Part shown: piece after piece, positions 8,502 to 17,058 of the stretch
Position numbering within the stretch: the stretch's first letter is position 1
Layout of the letters: every line of letters starts with the position of its first letter
Assembly (NCBI RefSeq): GCF_000737315.1
Contig: NZ_JMCB01000020.1
Span: forward strand, 1-64,000
Source: Hyalangium minutum
Lineage (GTDB): Bacteria > Myxococcota > Myxococcia > Myxococcales > Myxococcaceae
DNA: 64,000 nucleotides
Direction of reading: 5' to 3'
The notes under the pieces: model-generated
What the model was told of the DNA's origin: nothing
Seen by the model: only the letters and a program-made list of their open reading frames with translations
Databases searched by the model: none
Program-made: the position numbers and the translations under genes

Positions 8502-9119
8502 ATGACCTCAGCGCGCTCCACGCTGCTCGTGGTGGACGACGACCCTTCGGTCCTTCGCAGCCTCGAGCGCATGTTCCAGGTGGAAGGGTATGCCGTGGAG
8601 TGCTTTGCCCATCCGCGCCAATTGCTGGCACGGGGAGCAGGCTCTGGGCCCCTGTGCGTGGTGATGGACCTGCGCATGCCGGAGCTCAACGGGCTGGAGC
8701 TTCAGGAGGAGCTTCACCGGCAGGGCTTCCGGCACCCCATCATCTTCATCAGCGGGCACGGGGACATCCCCGCCGCCGTGAAGGCCATGAAGGCCGGGGC
8801 CGTGGATTTTCTGCCCAAGCCGTTCAGCTCCGCGGACCTGCTGGCTGCCGTGGAGCGCGCACTGGCCCAGGAGCGCGAGGCCATGGCTCGGGCCCAGGAG
8901 CACGAAGTCCTGCGGGCCCGGTTCTCCGCGCTGTCCCCTCGCGAGTGGCAGATCTGCCAGTTCGTGGCGCAAGGGCTGCTCAACAAGCAGATCGCCGCTG
9001 AGCTCGGCACTGCCGAGCAGACAGTCCGTCTTCAGCGCAGCCGTGTCATGGAGAAGCTGGCCGTGGGCTCGGTGGCGGAGTTGGTGCGGCTCCTGGAGCA
9101 GCTCAACTCACGGGCCTGA
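8502..9119 (+). CDS. FixJ/TodT-family response regulator (REC plus LuxR HTH)
   Basis: VVDDD, VMDLRMP phosphoacceptor, FISGHG, AMKAGAVDFLPKP, LSPRE...GLLNKQIAAELG. Confidence 0.95.
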   Translation: MTSARSTLLVVDDDPSVLRSLERMFQVEGYAVECFAHPRQLLARGAGSGPLCVVMDLRMPELNGLELQEELHRQGFRHPIIFISGHGDIPAAVKAMKAGAVDFLPKPFSSADLLAAVERALAQEREAMARAQEHEVLRARFSALSPREWQICQFVAQGLLNKQIAAELGTAEQTVRLQRSRVMEKLAVGSVAELVRLLEQLNSRA

Positions 9120-9161
9120 CCGGTCGCCAAACCTACGGTTTCTACTGAGAAACGGTATTCC

Positions 9162-9181
9162 CGTCAATTCAACACAAACTC
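9162..9181 (-). repeat. Degenerate inverted copy of the TGTTGAATTGAC motif
   Basis: GTCAATTCAACA at 9163-9174 is identical to the core of the 4947-4966 copy. Confidence 0.75.
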
Positions 9182-9283
9182 TATATCCAGGCTCGGTTGA
9201 GTTCTTTACGCTGAGTGCGTGTTGCCCCTCTCCGAAGTACGCCGTCCCTGCTGCGTGAGCCAGCGCTGCTCCCGAGTTCCGTG

Positions 9284-11932
9284 ATGACGAAGGACTGGCC
9301 CAGTGCGGCAGAGACCGACTTGACGTTGGTGAGGGGGGAAGGCCGCGAACCGGCCGCGCGCAGCAGGAGGATTCCTCCGTCCCTCACCATCCGGTTCCAG
9401 GAACTCCAGTTTGCCGGCGAAGGCGCAATGGGGACGGTCTACCGGGCGGTGGATCCCCAGCTAGGGCGCCCCATCGCGCTCAAGCTCCTCAAGAGCGATG
9501 ATCCGGTGCTCTGCCGGAGGTTCATCGCCGAGGCGCGGGCCCAAGCCCGTATCGAGCACGAGCACGTGTGCTCCGTCTATGAGGCCGGGCTGGCGGAGGG
9601 TGAGCCCTACATCGTGATGCAGTACATCGACGGCGAGCCGCTGTCGCGCGTGCGTGAGCGCATGACGCTCGAGCAGCAGGTGAAGCTGCTCCAGGAGGTC
9701 TCCCTGGCCGTGCACGAGGCTCACCGGCTGGGGATGATTCACCGCGACCTCAAGCCGGGGAACATCCTCGTGGAGCAGCGCGAGGACGGCACCTGGAAGC
9801 CGTATGTCGTGGACTTCGGTTTGGCGCGCGAGGTCGCCGAGCAGGGGCATACCCAGACGGGGGAAGTGCTCGGAACGCCCGCGTATATGTCGCCCGAGCA
9901 GGCCAATGGGGACGTGCGCCAGCTGGACCGCCGCTCGGACGTGTACTCGCTGGGGGCCACGCTGTACGACGTCATCGCTGGGCGGCCTCCCTTCGTCTCG
10001 GAAGTCCCTTGGAAGCTGCTGTTGATGGCGTCGATGGAGGATCCGCCACCGCTGGGGCAGGTGAAGCCGGGGGTGCCGAAGGACCTCGAGACCCTCGTGA
10101 TGAAGTGTCTGGAGCGGGAGCCGGTACGTCGCTACGACTCGGCTCGGGCGCTCGCGGAGGATCTGCGACGCGTCCTGGACGGCGATCCCATCCTCGCGAG
10201 GCAGGCCTCCTGGCGGGAGCGGCTCTGGAAGAAGGCCCGCAGGCACAAGCTGCTCACGGTGAGCTTGATGGCGCTGGGACTCTCGGCGCTCGGGCTCGGC
10301 GTGGTGTGGGTGGAGGCGGAGCGGCACGCGGCGAAGCAGGCGCGGCTCGCCCGGGAGTTGGGCGAGAGCGTGAAGGAGATGGAGCTGTTCCTGCGCACGG
10401 CGTACGGACTGCCCCTGCATGACGTGGAGCGGGAGCGGGACATGGTGCGCGCCCGGCTCGAGGAGATCGCCGTGCACATGCGCGCCTCGGGCGAGGCCGG
10501 CCTCGGGCCCGGCCACCACGCACTGGGCCTGGGACAGTTCGCGCTCGGTGAGCCTGGGCAGGCCCGCGAGCACTTGGAGCAGGCGCTGGCGGCCGGCTAC
10601 ACGTCGGCGAGCCTCGAGTATGCGCTGGGGCGGGCACTCGGAGAGCTGTACCGGCGCGCGCTGGAGGACACCCGGCGCATCAGCTCCCCGGAGGAGCGGA
10701 GGAAGAAGGTGGCGCAGCTGGACCAGGAGCTGCGCGAGCCCGCGCTCCGCCACCTGCGGGCGGCGATGGGGGAGAGGCTCGAGGTGCCCGAGTATGTGGA
10801 GGGGCTGATCGCGCTGTACGAGGGCCACCACGAGGTGGCGATCGCCCGGGCCAAGGCCGCCTTCGCCAAGGCGCCCTGGATGTACGAGCTGAAGAAGCTC
10901 GAGGGGGATGCGCTGTTCGCCGAGGGCAGCAAGTACCGGCATGACGCGGCGTTCGACTACGAGAAGATGAAGGGTTACTTCGAGCGGGCCGCGCAGGCCT
11001 ACCAGGTGGCGTCGGAGATGGGCCGCAGCGATCCCTCCCTCCACCGGGCCGAGTGCGAGCTCTGGGAGAAGATGGGGTGGGCGGACTTCTCGCGGGGCCT
11101 GCCGCCCGGCCCGTCCTTCAATGCGGCCGAGGCGGCGTGCAGCCGCGCGGTGCGCTCGAGCTCGAGGGAGGGCGGAGCCTTGGTGCAGCGCGCCCTCGTG
11201 CTCCTGGCACAAGTGCACGTGCTGAGCGGCAAGTTCTCGGAGCACATGCTGCCCCTGGTGGACGAGGCGCTCTCGGTGGCGGAGGCGGGCAGGCGCGCGC
11301 GCCCCCAGGATGTCATGGCCCACTATGCGCTGGCCCAGGCCCTCTTTCTTCGGACCCGGCTCCTGTACGCGCTGGAGCGCGAGGCCTCCATAGAGCCCGC
11401 CATTCAGGCGTACCAGCAAGTCCTCGAGCTGGAGCCGGGCTTCACCTGGGCGCACAACGAGCTGGGCGAGGCCTACCTGTGTGAGGCCCGGAGAACCCTG
11501 GAACTGGGACAGGAGGCCACAGCGTTGCTGGACAAGGCCGTCCGCGAGTACGAGCAGGCCCTGGCGATCGATCCCTCGTTCGCGCTGCCCGTGGGGGGCT
11601 TGCTGGATGCGGCGACGGCCCGGCTTACGGCGGCAGTCGCTCAAAAGCGCGAAGCACCTGAGGCGCTCCAGGCCTTCTCCCAGGCGCTGGCGCGGCTGGA
11701 GCAGAGTGGCGCCGGCCCCCAGATTGTCGCGCTGTGGAAGGCGCGCGGGCACCGGCTCCTCGCCCACCATGACTTCGTGCTGGGCCGGGATCCCCGCCCG
11801 TCCCTGGCGCGCGCCTTCGAGGTGCTCCGCGCCGCGGATGGAGACCCGCCGAAAGCCCCCTGGCTGTTCAAGGAGTGGCGGCTCATCCAGGAGTTCCAGC
11901 AACAGATGCAGACGTCACCCCTTGAAAAATGA
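9284..11932 (+). CDS. Membrane Ser/Thr protein kinase with C-terminal TPR-like helical domain
   Basis: GEGAMGTVY, ALKLL, HRDLKPGN, DFGLA, GTPAYMSPEQ; TM LLTVSLMALGLSALGLGVVWV; start uncertain (9215 or 9284). Confidence 0.93.
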   Translation: MTKDWPSAAETDLTLVRGEGREPAARSRRIPPSLTIRFQELQFAGEGAMGTVYRAVDPQLGRPIALKLLKSDDPVLCRRFIAEARAQARIEHEHVCSVYEAGLAEGEPYIVMQYIDGEPLSRVRERMTLEQQVKLLQEVSLAVHEAHRLGMIHRDLKPGNILVEQREDGTWKPYVVDFGLAREVAEQGHTQTGEVLGTPAYMSPEQANGDVRQLDRRSDVYSLGATLYDVIAGRPPFVSEVPWKLLLMASMEDPPPLGQVKPGVPKDLETLVMKCLEREPVRRYDSARALAEDLRRVLDGDPILARQASWRERLWKKARRHKLLTVSLMALGLSALGLGVVWVEAERHAAKQARLARELGESVKEMELFLRTAYGLPLHDVERERDMVRARLEEIAVHMRASGEAGLGPGHHALGLGQFALGEPGQAREHLEQALAAGYTSASLEYALGRALGELYRRALEDTRRISSPEERRKKVAQLDQELREPALRHLRAAMGERLEVPEYVEGLIALYEGHHEVAIARAKAAFAKAPWMYELKKLEGDALFAEGSKYRHDAAFDYEKMKGYFERAAQAYQVASEMGRSDPSLHRAECELWEKMGWADFSRGLPPGPSFNAAEAACSRAVRSSSREGGALVQRALVLLAQVHVLSGKFSEHMLPLVDEALSVAEAGRRARPQDVMAHYALAQALFLRTRLLYALEREASIEPAIQAYQQVLELEPGFTWAHNELGEAYLCEARRTLELGQEATALLDKAVREYEQALAIDPSFALPVGGLLDAATARLTAAVAQKREAPEALQAFSQALARLEQSGAGPQIVALWKARGHRLLAHHDFVLGRDPRPSLARAFEVLRAADGDPPKAPWLFKEWRLIQEFQQQMQTSPLEK

Positions 11933-11939
11933 GATTCCC

Positions 11940-12800
11940 ATGCCGTTGAGATTGATCCGTTTCTCTTTCCTGACGCTCGTCCTGTTTTGCCTCGCCGGCT
12001 GCGGGATTTCCGAGGAGGAACTCGAGCAGGAGCCGCGCCTTGCAACCTCCGCGCAGGCTGCGCGCGCGGGCGAGGAGCGCCCTCCGCCCAACGGCCTGAA
12101 TGGCACGAGTCCCTCCTGCTTCTGGGCCCATGGCACCCAGCAGGCGCTGAGGTCCCTGGGCGCCGTGGCTCTCGACCAGGGCGCGGGAGCGCTTCCCAGC
12201 ATTCCCTTGAGCCAGGTCTCCCAGTCCTGCCGCGAGGTGCTCCGCTCCGCAGTGGAGTGCGGCCTCACCGTGAACCAGACCGTGCAGGACCCCGTGACGG
12301 GCGAGCTCTATCGCGGTTGGTGGGGGTTCGCCCCCTCGTGGCTCAGTGGCGCCCTGGACACGGACGGCCGCCGGTACGTGACGGCGTGCATGGTCCAGCG
12401 GCTGAACTACTACGGGGCGACGGTCCCCATCCTCTTCGAGGGCAACCATCCCGCGCTCTCGGCGAGCGTGAACTACAGCTCGCAGTATCCTCTCGAGGAG
12501 TCGACGGTCTTTGGCGACCTGTTCTCGTCCACCACCCCGCTGCTGGGCATCCTGCCGGCGTTCAATGTGTACGTGTGCTGGGAGAGCCTGCTGCCCCAGT
12601 CGTGTGGCCTGCTGGGGCTGCCCCTGCTCTTCGAGAAGCGGATCTGCGATGACGCACCGCTGTGCGGCCTGATGACGCTGGGGCCGTGCAGCCTGTCGTG
12701 CGCGCAGAATGGCTCCTCGTGGCAGTGCAAGCCGGGTCTGCTCTCGCCGTGGTGGACGCAGACGGTGCGGGTGAGGCTGGAGGCGGCCACCTGCCAGTGA
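11940..12800 (+). CDS. Cys-rich hypothetical lipoprotein
   Basis: Signal with lipobox LAGC; starts 7 bp after the kinase stop; many Cys. Confidence 0.8.
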   Translation: MPLRLIRFSFLTLVLFCLAGCGISEEELEQEPRLATSAQAARAGEERPPPNGLNGTSPSCFWAHGTQQALRSLGAVALDQGAGALPSIPLSQVSQSCREVLRSAVECGLTVNQTVQDPVTGELYRGWWGFAPSWLSGALDTDGRRYVTACMVQRLNYYGATVPILFEGNHPALSASVNYSSQYPLEESTVFGDLFSSTTPLLGILPAFNVYVCWESLLPQSCGLLGLPLLFEKRICDDAPLCGLMTLGPCSLSCAQNGSSWQCKPGLLSPWWTQTVRVRLEAATCQ

Positions 12801-12887
12801 GTGCGGTCCGCCACGTGGGGGACTTGTGGCCGCCCATGCGCGCAAGAGGGTGGTTCATCCGGGCTCCCGTGAGCATACAGTCGGGCC

Positions 12888-14813
12888 ATGTTTGGACGTC
12901 GCGTGAGGTGGGGACTCGGGGTGCTCGCTGTCGTGGCGGCGGTGCTCGTGCTGTGGGCGCTTCGGGAGCAGGAGCCCGAGAGCCCCAGCGGGGAGCGCTC
13001 GTCTCCCAGCGCATGGGTCTCCCCTGAGCGTTCCTCTGCCGCGGAGCCCTCTCCGAAGGCGGCTCCCGCGGCCCCTCCTGTCCCTGTCACGTCGGCGGAG
13101 CCGGTTCGCCAGCTCCCTCGCGTCACCGTCGAGCGCAGCGCCTTCTCGCCCGCGGGCGCTTTCTCAGGACGGGTGGTCTCCGCGACGACCGGCGAGGGCC
13201 TCCGTGGCGCGGAGGTGACGATCGCGGCTCCCAGCGGCGCGGCCTCCTTGCTGACGGACTCGGAGGGCCGCTTCGAGTTCCGGCCCGCGTACCCCGGCGA
13301 GCATCAGGTGGCCGCCATTCGCGCCGAGGGCTTCCTGCCGTTCGCGCCGGAGTGGGGCCGGAGCCCGATCGTGCTGTCCGCGGTCCGCGACGTCCATGTC
13401 CGTGAGGTCGTCATCGCGCTGACGCCCACGCCGCAGCTCGTGGGACAGGTCCTCAGTGCATCCGGAGCCCCCGTCTCTGGCGCCACGGTGCGCGTGCTCA
13501 CCCAGCGCGCGGGAGAGACGGTGCTCTTCCCGCTGAAGGACCGGTTCACCTCGGATGAGCGCGGCGAGTTCCACTTCACCGCCCCCGACGGCGCCGCCGT
13601 GGAGGCCCGGCACTCGGCGCATGGTACCGCTCGCGCCAAGGTGAGCGAGGAGACCCTCCGGACCCGGCGGCTCGAGCTCCGGCTCCCCGCGCTCGCTCCG
13701 GATGCGCCCCGCACGGAGGCTCGCGTCGAGGGGCGCGTGCTGGCCCCGGATGGGACTGGCGCCTCGGGAGCGCTCGTCTCCGTAGCGTCCGCCAACAGCG
13801 TCTATCCCCGCGTGTTCGGCGACAACAATGGGTACCAGGCCGTCGCCGAAGCCGATGGGAGCTTCACCCTCGAAGGACTGGAGCCCGGTGTCTATGACGT
13901 CTCGGCGATGGCGGTGGGACTGGCGCCTGCCCGGGCCTTCGATGTGAGCGTGCCCGCGAGCGGGCTCGTGTTGCGGCTCGCGCAGGGGGGCGCGCTCGTG
14001 GGGCGCGTGTCCGAGGAGGGGGGTGCTCCCGTGCCCGCCTTCGTCGTGTACGTCCGGAAGCAGCACAGCGCCCTCGAGTGGCTCGGGTTCGCCCAGGCCC
14101 GGTTCATCGATGCCGAGGGCCGCTACTCTTTCCGAGGACTCACCCCCGGGCGCTATCTCGTCCAGGTGGTCACCGCGGGCTTCGTTCCCGCCGAGCGCCA
14201 GGTCGAAGTCCCCGAGGGCGCCCGCGAGGTGATGGCCGACGTGCTGCTCACGCGCGGCTCCCGGCTCGAGGGCAAGGTCCTCTCCGCCGCCACGCGCGCG
14301 CCCATCGCCGGAGCTCGCTTGAGCGTGGAGAGCGGGTTGGCCGCCGATGCGCTCGCGCCCCTGTTCGACGCGGTGAGCGGCGCCGATGGAACCTTTGTCC
14401 TGGAGGGCATCCCTGCGAAGGGCGTCTCGATTCTGGTCTCCGCTTCCGGCTACAACGGCCGGCTCGTCGCGGGCGTTCAGCCCACCGCCCCCGCGATCAT
14501 CGAGCTGACTCCCATCGAGGCCGACGCCGGGCCCAAGGTGGAGTTCGTGGGCATTGGCGCCGTCTTGAAGGCTCGGGGGGACGCCCTGGTGATCGGTGAG
14601 GTCATCGCTGGCGGAGGGGCCCAGGCCGCCGGGCTGGTTCCCGGGGATGAGGTGCTCCGCATCGACGGCACCCCGGTCACCGAGCTGGGGTTCGCTGGCT
14701 CCATCCAGCGGATCCGCGGTCCTGAGGGCTCCCAGGTGATGCTCCGTGTGCGCAAGGCCGGGCAGACGGGCGAGGCGGACATCCCCGTCCCTCGAAAGAA
14801 GATCGGCACGTGA
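12888..14813 (+). CDS. Membrane-anchored protein with repeated carboxypeptidase-regulatory-like domains and a C-terminal PDZ domain
   Basis: N-terminal TM; repeated GRV/GQV...GA.V units; GIGAVL and AGLVPGDEVLRIDG PDZ motifs. Confidence 0.85.
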   Translation: MFGRRVRWGLGVLAVVAAVLVLWALREQEPESPSGERSSPSAWVSPERSSAAEPSPKAAPAAPPVPVTSAEPVRQLPRVTVERSAFSPAGAFSGRVVSATTGEGLRGAEVTIAAPSGAASLLTDSEGRFEFRPAYPGEHQVAAIRAEGFLPFAPEWGRSPIVLSAVRDVHVREVVIALTPTPQLVGQVLSASGAPVSGATVRVLTQRAGETVLFPLKDRFTSDERGEFHFTAPDGAAVEARHSAHGTARAKVSEETLRTRRLELRLPALAPDAPRTEARVEGRVLAPDGTGASGALVSVASANSVYPRVFGDNNGYQAVAEADGSFTLEGLEPGVYDVSAMAVGLAPARAFDVSVPASGLVLRLAQGGALVGRVSEEGGAPVPAFVVYVRKQHSALEWLGFAQARFIDAEGRYSFRGLTPGRYLVQVVTAGFVPAERQVEVPEGAREVMADVLLTRGSRLEGKVLSAATRAPIAGARLSVESGLAADALAPLFDAVSGADGTFVLEGIPAKGVSILVSASGYNGRLVAGVQPTAPAIIELTPIEADAGPKVEFVGIGAVLKARGDALVIGEVIAGGGAQAAGLVPGDEVLRIDGTPVTELGFAGSIQRIRGPEGSQVMLRVRKAGQTGEADIPVPRKKIGT

Positions 14814-14943
14814 GCGGGTGAAGGGGTGGCACCTACCTGGGAGGCCCTTGGTGGGCCGCTCGGTCCCTTTTCAAGCAAGACCTGAAACCCCGGAGCGGTT
14901 CGTGTCACTCTCGCGTAGAGTTCCGGCGTCGTGCGGCCGCGGT

Positions 14944-16377
14944 ATGCCGCGCCTTCCTATCGACAGCATTGCTGGGGTGAACGAAGTGAGTGACGTGAAA
15001 GACACGAAGAGTGGCGGCGTAAACGGAGTCACCGCGGGCGTCCTGGGCCTGGTGCTGGGCCTGGTGCTTGGCGTGGGCGTGGGCCGGATGATCTGGACGA
15101 CGAATAGCGGCTCCGCCGACTCCGCCAAGGCGGGCACCGCGGTGGCCGCGGCCAATCCGCCCGCTCCGGCGGCAGCTCCCGCGCAGCCGCCGCAGCAGCA
15201 GCGGCCGGTGCTCTCGCCCACCGTCTTCAAGGTTCCCCTGGAGGAGTCTCCCAGCATGGGCCCCGCGGACGCGCTGGTCACCCTGGTGGAGTTCACCGAC
15301 TTCCAGTGCCCGTTCTGCTCCCGCGCCAACGCCACCGTGAAGCAGGTCCAGGAGGACTACGGCAACAAGCTGCGCGTCGTCATCAAGCAGCACCCGCTGC
15401 CCTTCCACCCGCGCGCCCGCCCCGCGGCCCTCGCGTCGCTGGCGGCCCAGCAGCAGGGCAAGTTCTTCGAGTACCACGACAAGCTCTTCGCCAATCAGCA
15501 GTCGCTGGATGACGCCAGCCTGGAGACCTTCGCCAAGGAGGTGGGCTTGGACGTGAAGAAGTGGAAGAAGGATCTGGCCGACCCGAAGCTCGCCGCCATC
15601 GTGGATCGGGACTCGGCGCTGGCTGAGTCGCTGGGCGCGCGTGGCACGCCGGGCTTCTTCGTCAACGGCCGCTTCTTCTCCGGCGCCCAGCCCATCGAAG
15701 TGTTTCGGGCCGCCATCGACGAGGAGCTGAACAAGGCGCAGATGATGGTGAACGAGGGGATGAAGCCCACGGAGATCTACGCCTCGGTGCTTGCGCACGG
15801 CGTGAGCTCGCCGCCGCCGCCGCCCGAGCCGCCCGTGCAGAAGGTGGACGTGGGCACCGCGCCGGCGAAGGGCTCGAGCGACGCCCCGGTGACGCTGGTG
15901 GCCTTCTCGGACTTCGAGTGCCCGTTCTGCTCGCGCGCCGCCAACACCGTGAAGCAGATCGAGGAGGAGTACAAGGGCAAGGTGCGCGTGGCCTTCAAGC
16001 ACCAGCCGCTGCCGCGCCACCCGAACGCGAAGCTCGCCGCCGTGGCCTCCATGGCCGCCCATGAGCAGGGCAAGTTCTGGGAGATGCACGACAAGCTCTT
16101 CGCCAACCAGACCGCGCTGGACCGGCCCGCGCTCGAGAAGTACGCGCAGGAGCTCGGCCTGGACATGGGCAAGTTCAAGGCGGTGCTCGACTCCACCAAG
16201 TTCGACGAGTACATCGCCAAGGACTCCGCTCAGGGCTCCCAGCTGGGCGCCAGCGGCACGCCGACCTTCTTCATCAACGGCCGCGTCATCGTCGGCGCCA
16301 AGCCGCCCGAGGTCTTCCGCCGCGTCATCGACGAGGAGCTGAAGAAGGCGGGCGTGGCCGCCACCGGCACGCCGTAG
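14944..16377 (+). CDS. Membrane-anchored tandem DsbA/thioredoxin-fold protein (two domains)
   Basis: Two FTDFQCPFC / FSDFECPFC motifs and two GTP.FF.NG cis-Pro loops; start uncertain between 14944 and 14995. Confidence 0.9.
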   Translation: MPRLPIDSIAGVNEVSDVKDTKSGGVNGVTAGVLGLVLGLVLGVGVGRMIWTTNSGSADSAKAGTAVAAANPPAPAAAPAQPPQQQRPVLSPTVFKVPLEESPSMGPADALVTLVEFTDFQCPFCSRANATVKQVQEDYGNKLRVVIKQHPLPFHPRARPAALASLAAQQQGKFFEYHDKLFANQQSLDDASLETFAKEVGLDVKKWKKDLADPKLAAIVDRDSALAESLGARGTPGFFVNGRFFSGAQPIEVFRAAIDEELNKAQMMVNEGMKPTEIYASVLAHGVSSPPPPPEPPVQKVDVGTAPAKGSSDAPVTLVAFSDFECPFCSRAANTVKQIEEEYKGKVRVAFKHQPLPRHPNAKLAAVASMAAHEQGKFWEMHDKLFANQTALDRPALEKYAQELGLDMGKFKAVLDSTKFDEYIAKDSAQGSQLGASGTPTFFINGRVIVGAKPPEVFRRVIDEELKKAGVAATGTP

Positions 16378-16401
16378 TCCGCTCCGGCGGGCCCGTAGGA
16401 C

Positions 16402-16432
16402 CCGGGGGCTGATCGGCTCGGCCCCCGGTTTT
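16402..16432 (+). terminator. Intrinsic terminator after the DsbA gene
   Basis: CCGGGGGCTGA / TCGGCCCCCGG stem followed by TTTT. Confidence 0.7.
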
Positions 16433-16451
16433 GAGGTAGACTTCGCCGGGC

Positions 16452-16961
16452 ATGGCTCGTCGCAAGAAGCAGCCGGATGAGATGCCCGCGCGCGTGCGCA
16501 ACCTGATCGCCCTGGACGCCGCGCTGATCATGCGCCGCCTGGGCGCTCGCCGGGACGAGATGTTCGTCCTGTTCTCGCGCCTGCGCAGCCGTGAGCCCAT
16601 GCTCACCACCATCGCCACCCGCTGGAACAGCGCGACGTTCCATGACCTGGTGCACCTGCCGGAGAGTGAGCAGGCGGTGGTGCACGGCTTCCACGAGCGG
16701 CTGGACGAGATGCGCTGGTACTTCACGTACACCGAGGACATGCCCAGCACCGTCCAGCAGACCTTCACCGCCCTGTACCGGCGGCTGGAGGAGGCCTACC
16801 GGATCCTGGTGGTGGCGCTGGGGCCGCCGGTGACGCCCGATGTCGCCGTGGTGGTGGAGGCCGAGGCCGTGCGCCAGGAGGAGCCCGCCCCTTCCTCCTC
16901 CTCCTCCTCGGAAAAGGCGCTGAGCCGTCCGGTGCGCAAGCGGCACTCGCCGGCCGCCTGA
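16452..16961 (+). CDS. Hypothetical protein
   Basis: Good codon bias, GAGGT RBS-like sequence upstream, non-overlapping position. Confidence 0.8.
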   Translation: MARRKKQPDEMPARVRNLIALDAALIMRRLGARRDEMFVLFSRLRSREPMLTTIATRWNSATFHDLVHLPESEQAVVHGFHERLDEMRWYFTYTEDMPSTVQQTFTALYRRLEEAYRILVVALGPPVTPDVAVVVEAEAVRQEEPAPSSSSSSEKALSRPVRKRHSPAA

Positions 16962-17058
16962 CTTCGCTCCCGAGCTCCGAGTGGGCTGTCCGGGAGCGCC
17001 CTGCGCGAACCGGTCTACTTGTCAGACAGGTTCGCGGAGGACGCGCGGGAGGGCCGCC

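Noticed and set aside
9461-11902. Long antisense or off-frame ORFs (also 19410-22775, 24281-26782, 26805-31058, 33872-37069, 41240-44338, 45095-48409, 58341-60779)
   Set aside because: They lie opposite well-supported genes and have no motifs; expected stop-poor shadows of high-GC3 coding.
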